From assembly GCA_051294905.1 (NCBI GenBank), contig CM119372.1:10788001-10852000 (forward strand): 64,000 nucleotides of DNA. Reading direction: 5' to 3'. Below are positions 35,861 through 50,927 of the stretch, in pieces. This DNA is from Botryllus schlosseri. Its lineage: Eukaryota. The notes under the pieces were generated by a model. That model did not search any database, was not told where the DNA came from, and saw nothing but the letters and a program-made list of their open reading frames with translations. Position numbers and translations under genes: made by a program. How positions within the stretch are numbered: the stretch's first letter is position 1; each line of letters begins with the position of its first letter.

Positions 35861-36682
35861 GCGTTCTTCCAAAATCACAAATCCCATCGCCGGCCGCGAT
35901 TTCGGCGACCCCCGGTATAGTACAAAACGAGCCAAGCTTGGTGTAGCATATACTGTACAGATGTTAACCATTCTCATGATTATGGGAATGCACTGTGATT
36001 TGATATGAACTGATTTTTGCTACGTTCATTTCCCATATACAATTCCATTCAATTTCAAAGTTTTTGCGAATTCAGTATTTCTAATTCTAATCTAATTTGG
36101 ATAAAACTGTGTAGCTCTAATTCTATTTCTAATCTGTAATACTAGCGATTGACTATACGATCCATAGCACAATTCGATAAGTCCTTCATAACTATAACAC
36201 TATATAATATAAATACCAGTCGTATAGGCTACTGCAGTCTTCGCAAGATAATGAATTGCATGGATGATGACATACGTTTGAGCCTCCAAATTTTGGGATG
36301 TATTCGATATTTGACCAAATGTTATCCTTATCACTTTTTCGCGACGTTATTGTAAAATGTATTCTACAGTTGAACGCAAACTGCGACTTTGCCAATGGTT
36401 AGAAATGGCGCAATGCAGTCGAGATAAGTAATATCTATCGCCAAGCGCGCTCAGATAAATTGCAGCTGGATGAGCGTCAATATGATAATTTGAGTTTATT
36501 ATGTAATTATAATTTATGAGTGGTGCGTCTTAAACATTCGATTCGAGGCCTACAGAGTTCCTGAGACATTCCTCTACGGCACTGGTTCTTAACCCTTACT
36601 AACGTGAGACACGCTTACGCCAATCTGCCAGCCTTTGGGAACGCCAAATGAAAACATACCACAACGCACATGTGATACACAT

Positions 36683-36950
36683 GTGGCGAGATAGCGTAGT
36701 GGCGGGTCCCCGGTGGTGGTATGATCCACACCACAGCTGCAAAACCAATGGGTCACGGGTTCGAGTGCGACCGAGGTCGACTTCAGAATTCCTACCTAAG
36801 TGTTGTTCGTAGGCTGCTTCACGCCACGTGGGCCGCGTAAGCGGGTCGTGCTACAAGTCGACAGCTACTGAATCAAAAACAAGGAATATCGGCCTGGTGT
36901 AAATGATCAATGATCATTGTAGTCGACAAGCACCATGGATACCACAAACG
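36683..36950 (+). mobile_element. tRNA-derived SINE, family 2
   Basis: GGCGAGATAGCGTAGTGG A box, GGGTTCGAGTGC B box; body matches the copy at 54381-54646. Confidence 0.7.
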
Positions 36951-39812
36951 CATCTAATACACCATATGTTACTTATGCACAAATTGAACTGTGCATCAAC
37001 AGGGTGTTAAAAGAACAAAACATTTGAAATATGATTATCGCACAAAAAGAAAACATAAATGAATATTTATAGTAAAATCAGCGATTTCTGCTGTTCCCTT
37101 TCAGATCTCAGTTCAGAAATGCGAGGCTTCACCTTGGGCACTTGGGAAGTGTCATCAATGTTCGGTCGAAACGTAACTGTACGATACCAATTGCTTATAG
37201 TTGCAAATAAGCTACGCTTGGCATTTTAGAGGAACTACCACACGACATACTATCACAACAGTCACTATTCGACTACTGATCGGGTCTATAATTGGTTGCA
37301 ATCAATGATGGCCAAGACTGACGTGTCATCAGTCATAACAAATCATATGTATTAGATGAGTGAGCGTCTTCAATCATATCCAGCGAACCCCGTAGACTTG
37401 GTCAGGGAACCACTGAGGTTCCCAGGAACACCGGTTTAGAACCATTGTTCTAGAAATATTGGAATTACGATATCCTCGTATTCAATGCACATCACGCGTT
37501 TGTCAGATTTCCTAATTGGAGACAAACATTTTGAACATGATCACTATATACACGCGACATTTTGTCGCCACAAGCGATTAAGGTGTGTCAATGCAACACA
37601 TGACCTGTTACGAAATATGGAAATAATTACTGACGAAACAATGCATTTGCATGTTACGCAATTGCATGCGGATTACATAAGACCGCGGTGACTTAAATAT
37701 GTTACCTCTCCAAATAGATATGGAACGGTATGCTTGTTGTGACTATATGAGGCATACGTCAGATTCGTGCAAAGCGGTTTTGAATGATGGCTTAATTATA
37801 TTAGTGGGTTGCCAATGTTGGTGTTTGAGATGGGTCAGACACGTAACTTCGTTATTAGTTACTGAATTGATACAGTTGTATATGCTCATTAGCTATGACT
37901 AGCTAGATTGGTTCTGTTCCATACCTGCGTATAATTTGGCTTTCCTTTGCAGCAATGGAATGTGTATTGTATTGCATAGAACATGCCTTTACACAATTTG
38001 ACCTCTGTGAATCTAAGTAGTATTGCCTGAAAATCGTTAACTGTTTCTATCCTGATTGATGCATTCATGTCGTTAGGGGTAAATCATAATAAGTCAACCG
38101 TAAGAGACGGCGAATGTCAAGCAACAGACCCGACTAGACAGTAGTATTCACGATAACTCTGCAGCCTATATTCCAAGGAATGTTGAAATAACAAGGCGTG
38201 GAAAATGGCTTTCATCATGAATTGACATGTCTGTCATTACTGCTCTGAATTCTCTTCCATGAGGATTGAGGATATATTTTGCAGGCTATGAACCTCATCT
38301 CAGGCATGTAAGCCTAACATGAGTCAGAATGAAAATCTTTTATCAAGGGTTTCGAATAAATAGTCCAATAGTTTTCCCGAAACGCTAATAACTTTTTTTT
38401 TCACAAAACCGCAATTTTAAGGCTTTTCAGCCATTATCTTAAAAGAGTTGCTAATCGCCCAATATCCCCGGTCGAGTTTCTGTAGCATGCGTCTTTGCGG
38501 TCTTTTTGTCACCTTCTGTAACGTCGAAATAAATACATATCATAAAGTAAAGTGACAGCTATACATGTTCATAGGCATGACAAATCCCAAACTCTATGAC
38601 TAAGGACACTCTGGATCAGGAGCTTTGAGTCTTGGATTATGATTTGTTATGACTCAGTGTGATTGGTCTTTTGACAAAGCTATAGGAACTAAAGCCGATT
38701 TGAACGGATTGCAAAAAAAAACGTAAGCGGTATACATATAGGTCAGCCTTGAATTATATGAACAATTGTACACTGAACGGAGAAGACGAAAAGTTTCGCA
38801 TCGTATTGGTGCTCCTTGAGCTCCTCACCCAATTTGCTTGCGCCGACGTAACTATCATTTGTTGCGAATTGTGCGGTGTTTGTCGGGCGTGCCTTGAAGA
38901 ACGTAATTCACAGCAGCAAAGGCATGCTTTATGGTTGCGCGTGCATGTTTAAACGCGCTTGTGACCTAGTTAGACGAGTATTGCATATATGCAATAGAAG
39001 CACGCCCTCATCAAACCGAATAAATCGAAATGTCATGCAGATATCTAACAATTCACGGCGTACAGCGAAAATATCATTACTGTGTTGAGAAGAACCCACT
39101 GGAAGATGGAAATGATATACCATTTGCTAAAAAAATATCAGGTATTTAGAATTCTACTATCTATAATGTAATAATTATATGTTGGCGTTGAATGTCAATT
39201 ATTTAACTTTAATCTTAGATTCGCTATCTTGGATCACAGAAATTGTTTTACTGAATCGGTAAGACAACGTTTTGCAGTCAATTATATTTCCACGTGGCTG
39301 ATGCGATAACCGTTTTTCAGGATCATTAACCACTCTCTACATATGAAACAGAGCAATAGTTACCTATAAACAAAACAGATATGCCCCACTAAGATTTTAA
39401 AACATTCTTACGTACTTTAATATCAACGTAACTCTGCGTGTAATTCATTTATTTTATTGTAGGATAATCTGGAGCGAAACCTTCTGTTGTTGGTAGTCAT
39501 ACCGCTGCGGACGCGATGGGATATTCAATTGCTAGATACAATATGCAGTATGTATTCATCGAGCCCGTGGTTGTGTTAAGGTATTCTGAAAAACGATATT
39601 ATACCTTTCATCTGGATTATGTAGGGAACGAAGTGGATATAGATAACTTTTTATCATAGGAATAGGACGTTGTTCATTTCTGTCCTTGATGTTTTTTGCG
39701 GTATATACAGAGTTATACTCATGATATACACACACACAATCTGTGCATATGCATACCATGAGTGCATGATGTGCATATGCCGCTGGACAAGGAAGGTGCG
39801 GATACATATAGC

Positions 39813-39931
39813 CAGACTTGGACAACTAGATAATTCTAGTTGTCTAATTTCACTGAATTAGAGCGAAATGCCAGTAATCTAATTCTAATCTAATTTATAA
39901 AAGCTGAAAATTTTCTAGTTGTCCAAGTCTG
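39813..39931. mobile_element. 119-bp hAT-type mini-MITE
   Basis: 18-bp TIR CAGACTTGGACAACTAGA; perfect TSD CATATAGC at 39805-39812 and 39932-39939. Confidence 0.85.
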
Positions 39932-42834
39932 CATATAGCCTTGTAAGGCTTTCAAAGTCTTGCACCACCCTCCATGATATCCATGCTAATATAATATGGA
40001 ATATCAGCATATAGCCAAGCATTTGCTGGCACTTGACGTCAAAGACAACGAAGCTTCGTGCACATTTACAAATTACACCAATTCTCCCCTATTTCTTGTT
40101 TGGTAAGTTAAGTTCACTACTAATAAGAATGATTGGTAAATGTACCGAGGAGCAGGCATGCTGAGAAAACAGAATTGTCGTGTCTGTCGGTCATATAAGA
40201 TGGGTACCACTATACGTTGACCTATAGCAATTGCCTTCATTGAAGACAAATGATATGACGCAAGCCAACGGTATGCGTCGCTACCGGTTATTTAAGAACA
40301 GACACGTCGGTCTTAACTAATTACCCAAACAAACAGCTCCATCGACCTGAAGCGTAAATAAGCTGACAAATTATAAGATTTTCCTAAATTTGAAACACGA
40401 CAACGGAAGCCATTGGCATATTTCTGACTAACACCAAGATTAAGAGTATGAGAACGTGCGAATTTGGCACCTGCACAAAACATCGATGCCAAGCTCTTGC
40501 ACCGATGATTTCTTGCGAAAATGTGATACACCGCTGAACCTTACACCGTGCACTTGAACGCGCCAGCACGATATTTTGCTGTTTCAGGCAGAAGAGAGTC
40601 GGGTGTCCGAAAGAGTCATGTGTCAGAAATGTCAGAAATTTCAAAATGCAGAATGAAATAAGCTTCGCGTGCTCAATCTATTGAAAATACAAGGTTCTAG
40701 TAAAGCACCACATACTTTCTTCACAGTCCCACACGAAAGTTTGTTTCCATTGACAATAGATTTGGCATTGTGTTCTCTCTCTATTTTGGCCGATTCCCAC
40801 AGAGGGTCAAAAGATCCGTGTATCGGTTTCTCTCAGATTTAATTTAGCATGATCTGTTGGCGAAAACAGAAGAAAACGATGCGAAACGGATCACATGAGC
40901 TTCAAAATAGCGTGAGACACGGAGATTTACGCTGACCGAACAGAAGACCCCGATGATACCAAACAAGCCGTTGCAAATTAAGCTGCAATTCAAATCCACA
41001 CTTTAACACGCTAGAACGCTTAAATGTTAAATCGACGCTAGTTGGCGTGATACTAGCACCATTTGAGACAGCCAATTACTCCATCGCGGTGAAATATCCT
41101 GCTATTCTCGCAACTTGTACTGGTTAATCTTTAGGGCTTCAAATGCGTTTAGTTGCATAAATAGCGCACTATCGGATCATCATTATATCGAGCAGTGACT
41201 GTTTAACCCATCTCTTTTCAATCGTCACGTTGATGGGCTATTTCACCAAAAGCAATTTTAGCAAAGCAAGCGATCCGATTTTTAGAGTGACAGCAACGCG
41301 GTTTCCATGTAGGCCGCATTTTTCTTCGGTGGATTAAATAGAATCACTCAAAAGTATAATCCAAATCCTATTGTCGGCGATCGCGGAGGCGTAGCGCACT
41401 GACAGTGTCGCTCATTAAATTCCGTCGTCGGGTAACGAAAGCATTGTTGCGGATTCGCCCTGAACAGATTAGATTATCGTGAAGCCGTGAAATCACAATT
41501 TTCCTAATACATACTTAGAAAATTAAAATTTGTAAATTATTATAAGATACAACATCATCATTTTGGCTGATGTTTATACCGATCTTTCGACCTCCGATAA
41601 TTAGGTTTCTATGGTAACCTTCTGTAGTGTTATCCACTTCTGTCAGATGCACGTAGAATTCTTCGATGTCACAGTAACATAGTAGTAGATGTTGAAGATG
41701 GATCTCACTCGAAAGATTGATGCGATATTAGTAATTTTCCAATTTCCCAACGCAATTTACGCGATTACGGATTATTTCCGGTTACGGTTACGATCGCTAG
41801 GAAAATTGCTCGCTATCGTCAAGACGATTTCTGCAACAATAATATACTCGCTGGATAAAAGGTTTCGGAAACTTTTTGCTGTGACGTTACATATTACATT
41901 ACGAATTTGTTAATGTGTGTCTTCGAAGATAAATGAATGGAAACACGATGAGTATTGAGCAGAATATTGTTTGTACAAGAGGTCATAGAAGTTATTGAAT
42001 CCGCCAAGACAAGACAAAACAAACCCACACCACTGCGCAATGAAACTTGTGATGTGACGGATAGCGTTCGCTTCTGAGCATAATCGTCAAGTAATAGACA
42101 AACTTTCCTTATATACATTTCTGAGTGTGGTATTTTGACAACGGCTCCGATATAACTGGAAGCTGCAACTAGAGCCCAACTAATATATGTTTACGAAGTT
42201 ATATGGTAGCGTAATATGTGCTCCAATGGCATGGACGTACGAGCCCGGAGCGCGGAGCCCGGAGTCCATCTCGGAACATGACAATAGATGGCAACAAAGC
42301 TTCTTCGTAGTTCGCACGCACATTGATCTTTTTCAGCAGATAAAATAATCAACTCCACTACATCGAACGCAGTTTATATAGAATGACAATTTTCCATGCT
42401 TTACATATCCAAGCCGATTACAGTGGACATAATTGCTGAATGCGGAATGATATCATTTGCTTAAGCGCGGCTGCGCGTTTCATATCTTTCCAATATCACT
42501 TTGTTAAACAAACGAAAGTACCATTCTCATATAAATCGATTTAGGCATCATCTTCAAGTAGCCAGTCGCCAAAACACCATCCCAAACATACCGATTCTCA
42601 ACGAGACGAACGCCTAGGATGTTTCCCGGGATAAATATGACGCAATACGAGTATCGGGTTGTGTGAACTGACCAATTTGATCGAGATTGGTGATGTAATA
42701 AAACACCTCTAATTGCGCAGTAACCGGCAAACGAATACGAAATGTCACGTGAACATGAGTCACTTTACGCTCTCGTAACGCTGATTGAGACTGTACGCAC
42801 GTCTTAATCTTCTTGCAATATCAATTATAATTAC

Positions 42835-43776
42835 TAGGGCAAGTTTTTGAACCCTTTGCAACTTTTTTTACAGCTTCCGGGAGCTTCCTAAATACTCAGA
42901 ATACATGTAGAATAATGTTTTAAGCTGTGTGTTATAGTGCAACTTTTTGCAACTTTTTCTCTTTTTTTTTTATGCAACGTTTTAGTACAACTGTTATCAA
43001 ATGTTGCGGAAAATGTAAAGGAGTGATTTAAGAAAACATGCAATAAAACTATTTATGGCATGGTTTTTTCTTTGATTTGCTTAAAAAGCTATGTGATGGA
43101 TTAGCTGCATCACAGTGTTATCTACGCAAGCTAAAAGTTCAACAACCGTAGTCAAACACGACAATGCATGAAATATATGTAAATCAGTCGCTTGATTGAT
43201 TCACTGTCGTTTAAATTTGAGATCCTATCCCATTTCACGGACGCCCAGGCGAGGCCGCCAAGTATTACGTTTTTACTTGGTCACCTTTTCTGGCTGTTGA
43301 TTTTGTTAAAGTACCCAAGATTGAGTTTTGCTGCATTGCATGCGGCCAATTTTTCAGCCTAGGACGTTTGGATTATGGTGTTTGACTTCTTACTGGACTA
43401 ACTAAACTATGTCTGCATCGTGTATTTTTTTGCTGCGTACTGGAAAAAAATGTTATTTTCCACGGTCTCGTCAGGCCGTCTGTGACATGGGGAAGTACCG
43501 ATTTTGACAGTTCTGCGGGAGCTGACAACGAAATGCTGTCATGAAGGTTTGAAACCCAAAGAACATAAATGTGTATGCATAATCGATTGAACAGCGACAA
43601 AGCACACGAAAATAGATATCCTGCGAATCTTAAACTGTGGGATTATACAATGGAACCTTTCGAGTGTGCCGTACCCAAATAATTATAAATAATCATACCT
43701 GCAACTTTTTACTGCAACTTTTGTTGAAATTAAATGCAACTTTCTGAGGATTTTAGTGCAACAAAAACTTGCCCTA
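42835..43776. mobile_element. Non-autonomous hAT element (TAGGGCAAGTTTTTG TIR, GCAACTTTT subterminal repeats)
   Basis: 15-bp TIR; TSD ATAATTAC / ATAATTAT (7/8). Confidence 0.8.
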
Positions 43777-44180
43777 ATAATTATATGTCACGCGTCGTCT
43801 TATCCCTTATTGTTCGACAAATAGCCTACCTGCTATTTTTAATACATCTCTATGACGTCGCAAACCGACAGAAGACATTTCTGGAGTTCCTTGCTGTTAC
43901 TACATTCTTCGGGCGATATACCGTGCCACTCCGCGTGACAAAAATTGGAATACGAATCACTTAGTCGCAATCTGCGTCATTGGACTCGCTTTATTGTGAA
44001 AACAATTCCTATAAGTTTACGCATGCGACTGAATGGTTGATTCCTCCTGAATAGCGCAGAATAATACAGATGACTTATGTTTGCATCTGGACAAAGTATG
44101 CAGTGCATACGTTCACAACACATCCCATCAACGTATAGTCGCGTAAGATTTAAATGGTTCGAGAGAAGCGAAGCTGCTCA

Positions 44181-44510
44181 CTATACGGCTGAAGTAATTA
44201 GACACATAGTGACATGTATTACGTCAGCGATTACATGAACTTTCCAAATGCTTTGTATATGTCTTGGTGAGTTAATCCAACAACAATGACCAAATTGGAG
44301 GTAAACGAACGACATGATTAATACCAGATTAAGGATATTTACAATTCCAGCCAATAAATCACGAAAATACACCGGCTTCGTCAAATCACGTAGAAAATTG
44401 TACATTGTGCGCATATGGTACAATTGTGCAGGTGATGTGCCTGCACTACCTATGGGTAATATAAATACCACCATCAAACGATTGCGCATTTGTATACAAT
44501 TAATCCCCAT
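44181..44510 (-). pseudogene. Probable LINE (Crack/Daphne/L2-like) ORF2 C-terminal remnant
   Basis: QL..RTMYNFLRDLTKPVY and SFVY...WINSPRHIQSI resemble the MY...L.P.Y and WNSLP.HIQ motifs of LINE ORF2 C-termini; judged by eye. Confidence 0.45.
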
Positions 44511-44558
44511 AGATTATGACATATCACGTCTAAATGACATGGTCACTATTCACTATAG

Positions 44559-45490
44559 CAGGGGTGGGCAAACTACGGTCCGCGGGCCGCATGCGGCCCG
44601 CCACACCGTTATGTGCGGCCCGCGAGAGTATAAAGAAACTTATTAAATGTATTGATAAAATGCGTAGTAAATATCGAATTAATGCAGACACTTGATTAAA
44701 CTTTTTCTTAACATATTTCACCATGATAATGGCAGGGGGCCCGAAGCTGAGCTCAACTGAAAAAATTTTTACTTCCCATTCATTATTATTTCCAACTATT
44801 TAGTCTGAATTTAATATTCAAAAATCTCTCATCCACAGTCGTAACCTTCCATGCCATCAGACTATCAGTCCACGCAGTTTGAAAGGTTTCATCTGCTAAC
44901 CGTGACAGAAATCTTAAACGACATTGACATAATTCGGATCACGAGTGTGATTTCAGATTGGCCACTCCAGTTTTAATCATTTCAGTGACGTGCTTATAAA
45001 AACGATTCGCGCGTGTCTTAGGTAGATTCGTTCTATGTATGCGTAGAATTAGGGTATTTATATTTTATCTACATATAGTAGAAGCGTGTTTGAAGCTAAC
45101 ATGGTTATGATGCTGTCAGCATTGTGTGTCCTGGAACTGAACCAAAAGTTGAATTAGTAAATCGTTGAACAGATCGCTGCTCTGAGATTTAAATTTCAAT
45201 CCTGTTCTAATAACGGGACAACCAACTTTCATCGCTATAGTTTTGACAAATTGATCATTGAGGCCGACCAGCCTATGAAATCTCGCCACTGTTTCTGAGG
45301 CTTGTACGGTATCATCAAAGCAATGTGTGGATTGGTGTAAATAAGCATATATATTATCTCCATGTCATCACTATATAATCAAATACCAATATTGCGTTTT
45401 GGTTTATAGTCCCAATTTTATATAGTGCGGCCCGCGAATGGATTCAGAGGTTGAATGCGGCCCGCGAGCTCAAAAGTTTGCCCACCCCTG
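44559..45490. mobile_element. hAT Charlie/Buster-like non-autonomous element
   Basis: TIR CAGGGGTGGGCAAACT; GCGGCCCGC subterminal repeats; perfect TSD CACTATAG at 44551-44558 and 45491-45498. Confidence 0.9.
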
Positions 45491-48400
45491 CACTATAGTA
45501 TGCCGCTGATGGTTTTGGGTATTGATAGAGTAGCCTATAATGTCGTCTGGACAATGGCTGAAAGCAAATTTGACAACATGTAGTTATGCAGTCTCGATAC
45601 CAACGAACACATACATCAGTCCAAATGGTTGTGATGTTTAATGTTCGGAGAAAATTATCGTTTTGGTTAATATTCCACTGAATATCGTTGTCAGAATTAT
45701 GAAAAACGTGGAATATCACTGGATTGAAAAACTCATGCCTCATACTATACTCGTTCTCCTAAATATAACTGTATCGGTATTTCTACTTACATCGAATCAT
45801 GGATCTCAAAGGTATACGATCAGTTTAACTGTCGAAATTATCCAGTCTAAAATATAATGGTTATTTACAATAAGTGTAAAATCACGCCACATATTCGGCA
45901 ATGACACGCCCAATAAGTTTCAAATCTCACTGTGTTTATGTAATGATTGCGTCCCTGATTCATCACAGACTAGGCTTATGTAGATATCTGTGTCACAGAC
46001 GAGCTAAATGCGACATCGCGCAGGCGATATCCTATGAAATGGGGACCGATGGCTCCGACATAACACTCAAATATATTACACTCGGGCGTTGGGCGCAAAT
46101 CAGAGCTTGATCTCATAAGTATCTGACACTGGTTGATGATTAGATTAATAGTGGCTTTATCAGTTATATAAGATACCGTTAAAGCACCGGATAAACAACA
46201 AATCACGTCGTTTGATTGCTGGCATTTGCTGGATTGCCAAATAATTGCTTAGGTACTTTAAGTAAAATTCTATCATCTAGATCAGTTCAAACTTAACAAT
46301 AAACGCGAACAAAGACGAGAAAAGGGTCAATCCAGCGGTAACAGATTGCTAAGTGTCATGCTGTCAAGGAAAAATTCCTCGAAAGCGTTCACTTCTCGAG
46401 AAAAAATGCAACTGTTTTTTCATTAAGTGCTCTCTTTCCAAGAACGACAACACGTGAGTGAGCGGTTGTTAGTCTGTTACATCATACGGGCTTTACCATT
46501 CTACAGCACATTTGAGCTCTGTTATTACCTGGAGATGAAACCTGATCATTCCAGGAGAATAAAACGAAAACAATGAGTTGAAAATGGTATATCGGCTCAA
46601 CATGGGAGATAATGTTTGCCAGTGCGTCATCTAAGTCAAAGTTTGCCCTGTTTAATATGAATTTCACCCCGCGAGACGATGTAGTGTGGAGGATTAGTCG
46701 AAGGAAAATCTGCATAATCGTGAAACTGAATCGGCGGGTGCGAACCGTATGTATTGAATTGATATCGATATGATTTCGATACACCTGCACGGGACATTTA
46801 TTAATGTAATCAGTAATGCTTTCCTGCCATAACCACCATTGTTTCAATTCAAACTATTGTGAGTTTCGTCATAATACTTGACCATTAGTCTAGTCATGAC
46901 GAGTGTCAGCCGGAAATATCCGGGAATATTCTAATATGAATATTATTCAATTGTATATGGAAGTTCGTTCTGCACCCCCGAGAGTCTTCAAAGAATGCTT
47001 TTAGGATTCAACTCAAAATCCTTCAGCGATGACTATTAGCAAAATCACTTTACTGTGGGGACAAAAAACATACGCCACGTGATATGAGGTATATCGTGAT
47101 GCACATATTCTTTGAATGGTCAGTGGCCAGCCGCATTGGCTGATGTCATCTCATGAGAGCGGGTTACAATTAGCAGCACCTGGAAACCGTGATGGTTTCA
47201 ACGCGGGGCGGGAATCGGCAACAAAACGTTCGGTTCCCGAATGAGATCATCGAAAAATTGCTGAAACCGAACGAAATTACACGCTCCGCTAATGCCATTA
47301 ACGTCGACTAATGTTTAGCAACAAACTGTTTCACCACAAAAACGTAATGGAGCTGTTTGCTCGTTGGTATTTCGTAGGCTGCATCCAACGTGAAGTGAAT
47401 TGTGGCACGCACTTTGTGAAGACGAAATTGAAATTATGGTAAGCCTTGATTGCTCGCCAACGCAACAACTGAGCCCTATAAACAGTGTACGAGAGGATGA
47501 GCGGGTGGTTTTCCCTACTGAATGTTATTGAGAGTTGTTTTGAGATTTGATCATCCTTATCGTGGCGTATTATGGCTGAATTTCTCTAATAAGGCCAGGC
47601 AAACATGACACGGAGTCAGAGACCCTCTTGACCTCTTCGGTCATAACTCATAACCATAAATCCTATAAAGAAATTTAAAATACAATATCATAGCGGAGTT
47701 CTAAGCCAGAAATTCGAATTTAATTCGAATCTTCGTGCGATAGCACTGACAACTAATTAAAAACAGGCCCTTATACTTCATCTGTAACGTTGATGCCAAG
47801 CATAGACTTTACGGCACACGGAACAGTGAACACCGTACAGTTATCCGCTTTGGAGCCGTTTAGTTGACAGCCGTAACTGTCCGTTTATATTGTTAGATTG
47901 ATGTATTGGAGTATTGAGATCATGAATTGCGATGTATACAAATACAATATTAATCTCATTAATTAATGCTGAGGTATGATGGTGTCGGTAATTCACATTC
48001 GAGTCGAATTGTTCAGGTCTACAAATGTCCCTTTCCATTTTGATTGCAGTATATCCCAACATATAAATAGGAAGCATAAACTTCTCGGCCAATGACTAGC
48101 AGAACAGAATACAGACGACTGGAAGACCACTATGCGATAAACTTGTTGATAAACTAAACATGAGATAGATTTACAAAGCAGGTCACTGGGAGATATGCGT
48201 ATGATACAGAAGTCTTCATTTGTATGATAAGATGGACTAAACATATTGACATTAGATTTAAGAACGGTAATAATTCGGATTTTCTCTATATGACATCAAT
48301 TCTTCCCGAAATACCGTACTAAGTATACATACTCACCAAATTACATACTGACCCGTCACCATAACTACAGGTGAGACAATGTTTCACTTTGTGGAAGGGA

Positions 48401-50530
48401 TTTGCACCCACCCGCGGAAAACTTGACATATGCTGTTAAGTGGTATATGTCAGACAATCTTGAGGTATGTCGCGTGCAGCATTGTCGTGCAAAGATCATA
48501 TGTTGATCCCAGCTCGCGTGCAGGACAGAGCCGGTAACACAAATCCGCGATATTTCTGATTTTCTGACCGGTAAATACTGCGGTAGTCATAATCTGGTCT
48601 GTCACGCCAGTATATTGTCATAGGTGTCTCGGTATTACAGCGTGCGAAGTTACAACCATATGTAACAAATTTGTTCAAGCGCAATGTGCGAGAAGACGGC
48701 ACTGTGTTTGAATACCTAATGGAACTTTTTGTTTTTGCCAAGACTTCCCTTTAACAATTATATAGTACCTACTCCGCAAAGCATGTTAAAGACTTTGATG
48801 ATAGCAAGATATTGTGTTCATCGCTTCAAAATTACACTTCAACGACAGTCGGGTTGGATGATATTACGGCGAACTTTAATCGGCGTAAGCATGGCGTTTT
48901 CCGACTACTGGGAGGATAGTGGGATGGAATATAAATAAGAGGATGAAATCCATGCGCGTTTTGACCCACGTTCTAAACTGCCGCGAACTCACCCGTCTTT
49001 ATTACACGGTTTCTGTACTACTTGCAACCTATCGACGGATTATCGGTTAAATTTGCGTGATTATGGATTTCGCGGTTCTTTGGAGCAGAAAATCCTTGTC
49101 CAAACTACTGTCATCAGTCTTTAATCCAGGTTTGGTCTTATGAAGGCCCCAAAATAGATTTGGCTCCGAAAGTTTTCATCGGTAAAGAGGTATTAAAGTT
49201 ATTGTTTGCGTGCTTGCATCTCACGAGGTTTCCTATACTTGTGCTCCAAACCATGGTATATCCGCTGTCTACGGTGCGGTTTTGTATATATCGGTATGGC
49301 CGAGGTATTTCGGTACTGCCGGTTTGCCCGTACCTTAATCCCGGTGTTTAAGCTTCTAAATTTTCGGATTTAGGACTGGCTGCGGTAATTTCAATTGTGA
49401 ATATTTATGCAATTCCGTTCATCCTTAAAAGCTATTTTTATCGTTTTAGCAGAAAATAATTGCGCGCTATTGCAGATTGAATGTATCCCTCTCGAAATTT
49501 TTGCATATATTGAGGTGTTTAATGGGCGGAACGCGGCACTTTCACATTCCGTCTATATATATATCGAAATCCGATAGCTGTGAACAGATAGATCGGGTGT
49601 GACATAATATGACATCGGCGTAGGTGTGAAAATTCTGCTACAACGACATTACGAGTTTCTGACCCAAATTGCTCTAAAATCGAATGCCATTGGGAAATAA
49701 GATCCAGAGGTTGATATGCATCGAACAAAGAGTCTATTCCAAACTATTATCAGCATCATTTCGATTGAATCCGAGATTACTACGATTACGATATCATGTG
49801 GCGACGGAACAGCCAAAGGTTAGACTTGTTCTCACGATATGGTTTCTAGACAAACGAACGACAAGCTTGCGTCCACGTTGCTTGAACATTTTTCCATATA
49901 AAAGTTTTTATGGTATCATCTTATTACTTGTTTACGGAAGTACAGTGCAAATTTCGATGAGACTCATGGAGGCACAGAACTTTACAATATAACTGAATAA
50001 TATATTCAATTCGTATTGGAATGAGCCGAAATATTTTCGAACAGACACTCTTTAGGGACAATAGTTTGCAGCTAGACTTGAAAATTCGTGATCCAACATG
50101 TTGCTGTACTAAGTTTTTTGACTAATCTGGTTGCCGACGATTGGCCCCGGATAGTGTCAGCTGGACAATATTCGTCTCATCAGCGATCTGGTATATTGAA
50201 TTCTGGTAATTCGCTTGTGCACCAGAGCGAAACGTTTTATTAGAATAAGTATTTTTAAATTGTTCCGGGGCCTACGATAACTTATAGTAGGCCCCGATTG
50301 TTCTATTGGAAAACGCACTCAATACAATGACAGTTCATATCGCTGCTATATAGATAAGTATCAAGTTATAATGCGATGACCACAAGGCATATATATCTTG
50401 TTACTTTGAAAAAAGATAACGCCTTCTCATTTTAAGAATATCCCATAGTATATCTCGAGGATATCTCGGAAGACACTACCAATGTAACGAGTAACGAAGA
50501 TACTAATAACATTGGACTAACCGTGTATAC

Positions 50531-50833
50531 AAGTGGCTCTCAAACTGGGGGGAGGGCATGAAAGCATCTGAAGGGGACGCGAATCTGCGGTTCACTGAAA
50601 AAATTTTCTGGGTTCCGTGCGGTTTACGTCAAATTCATCGTTATTGCTCGGTGTATAGTCCGAATTTAATATTTGATAATTCTTTCATCAACACTCATAA
50701 CCTTCCATGCCATCAAACTAACCGTTGGGATTGCTAGCATTCTGGTTGCATGTAGTAATGTGGCGTTAAGGGGGCGCGAAAATGTTCACTGTCGTAAAGG
50801 GGTGTGTGTCCAAAAAACGCTTGAGAACCGCTG
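50531..50833. mobile_element. hAT Charlie/Buster-like MITE
   Basis: Imperfect TIR aagtggctctcaa / ttgagaaccgctg; perfect TSD GTGTATAC at 50523-50530 and 50834-50841. Confidence 0.8.
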
Positions 50834-50885
50834 GTGTATACGGAGTCCAACGCGACGCCATTATATTCCGGGGAAGTGATTACAT

Positions 50886-50924
<39 letters not shown>
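50886..50924 (+). repeat. (GA)n microsatellite
   Basis: Direct reading. Confidence 0.9.
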
Positions 50925-50927
<3 letters not shown>

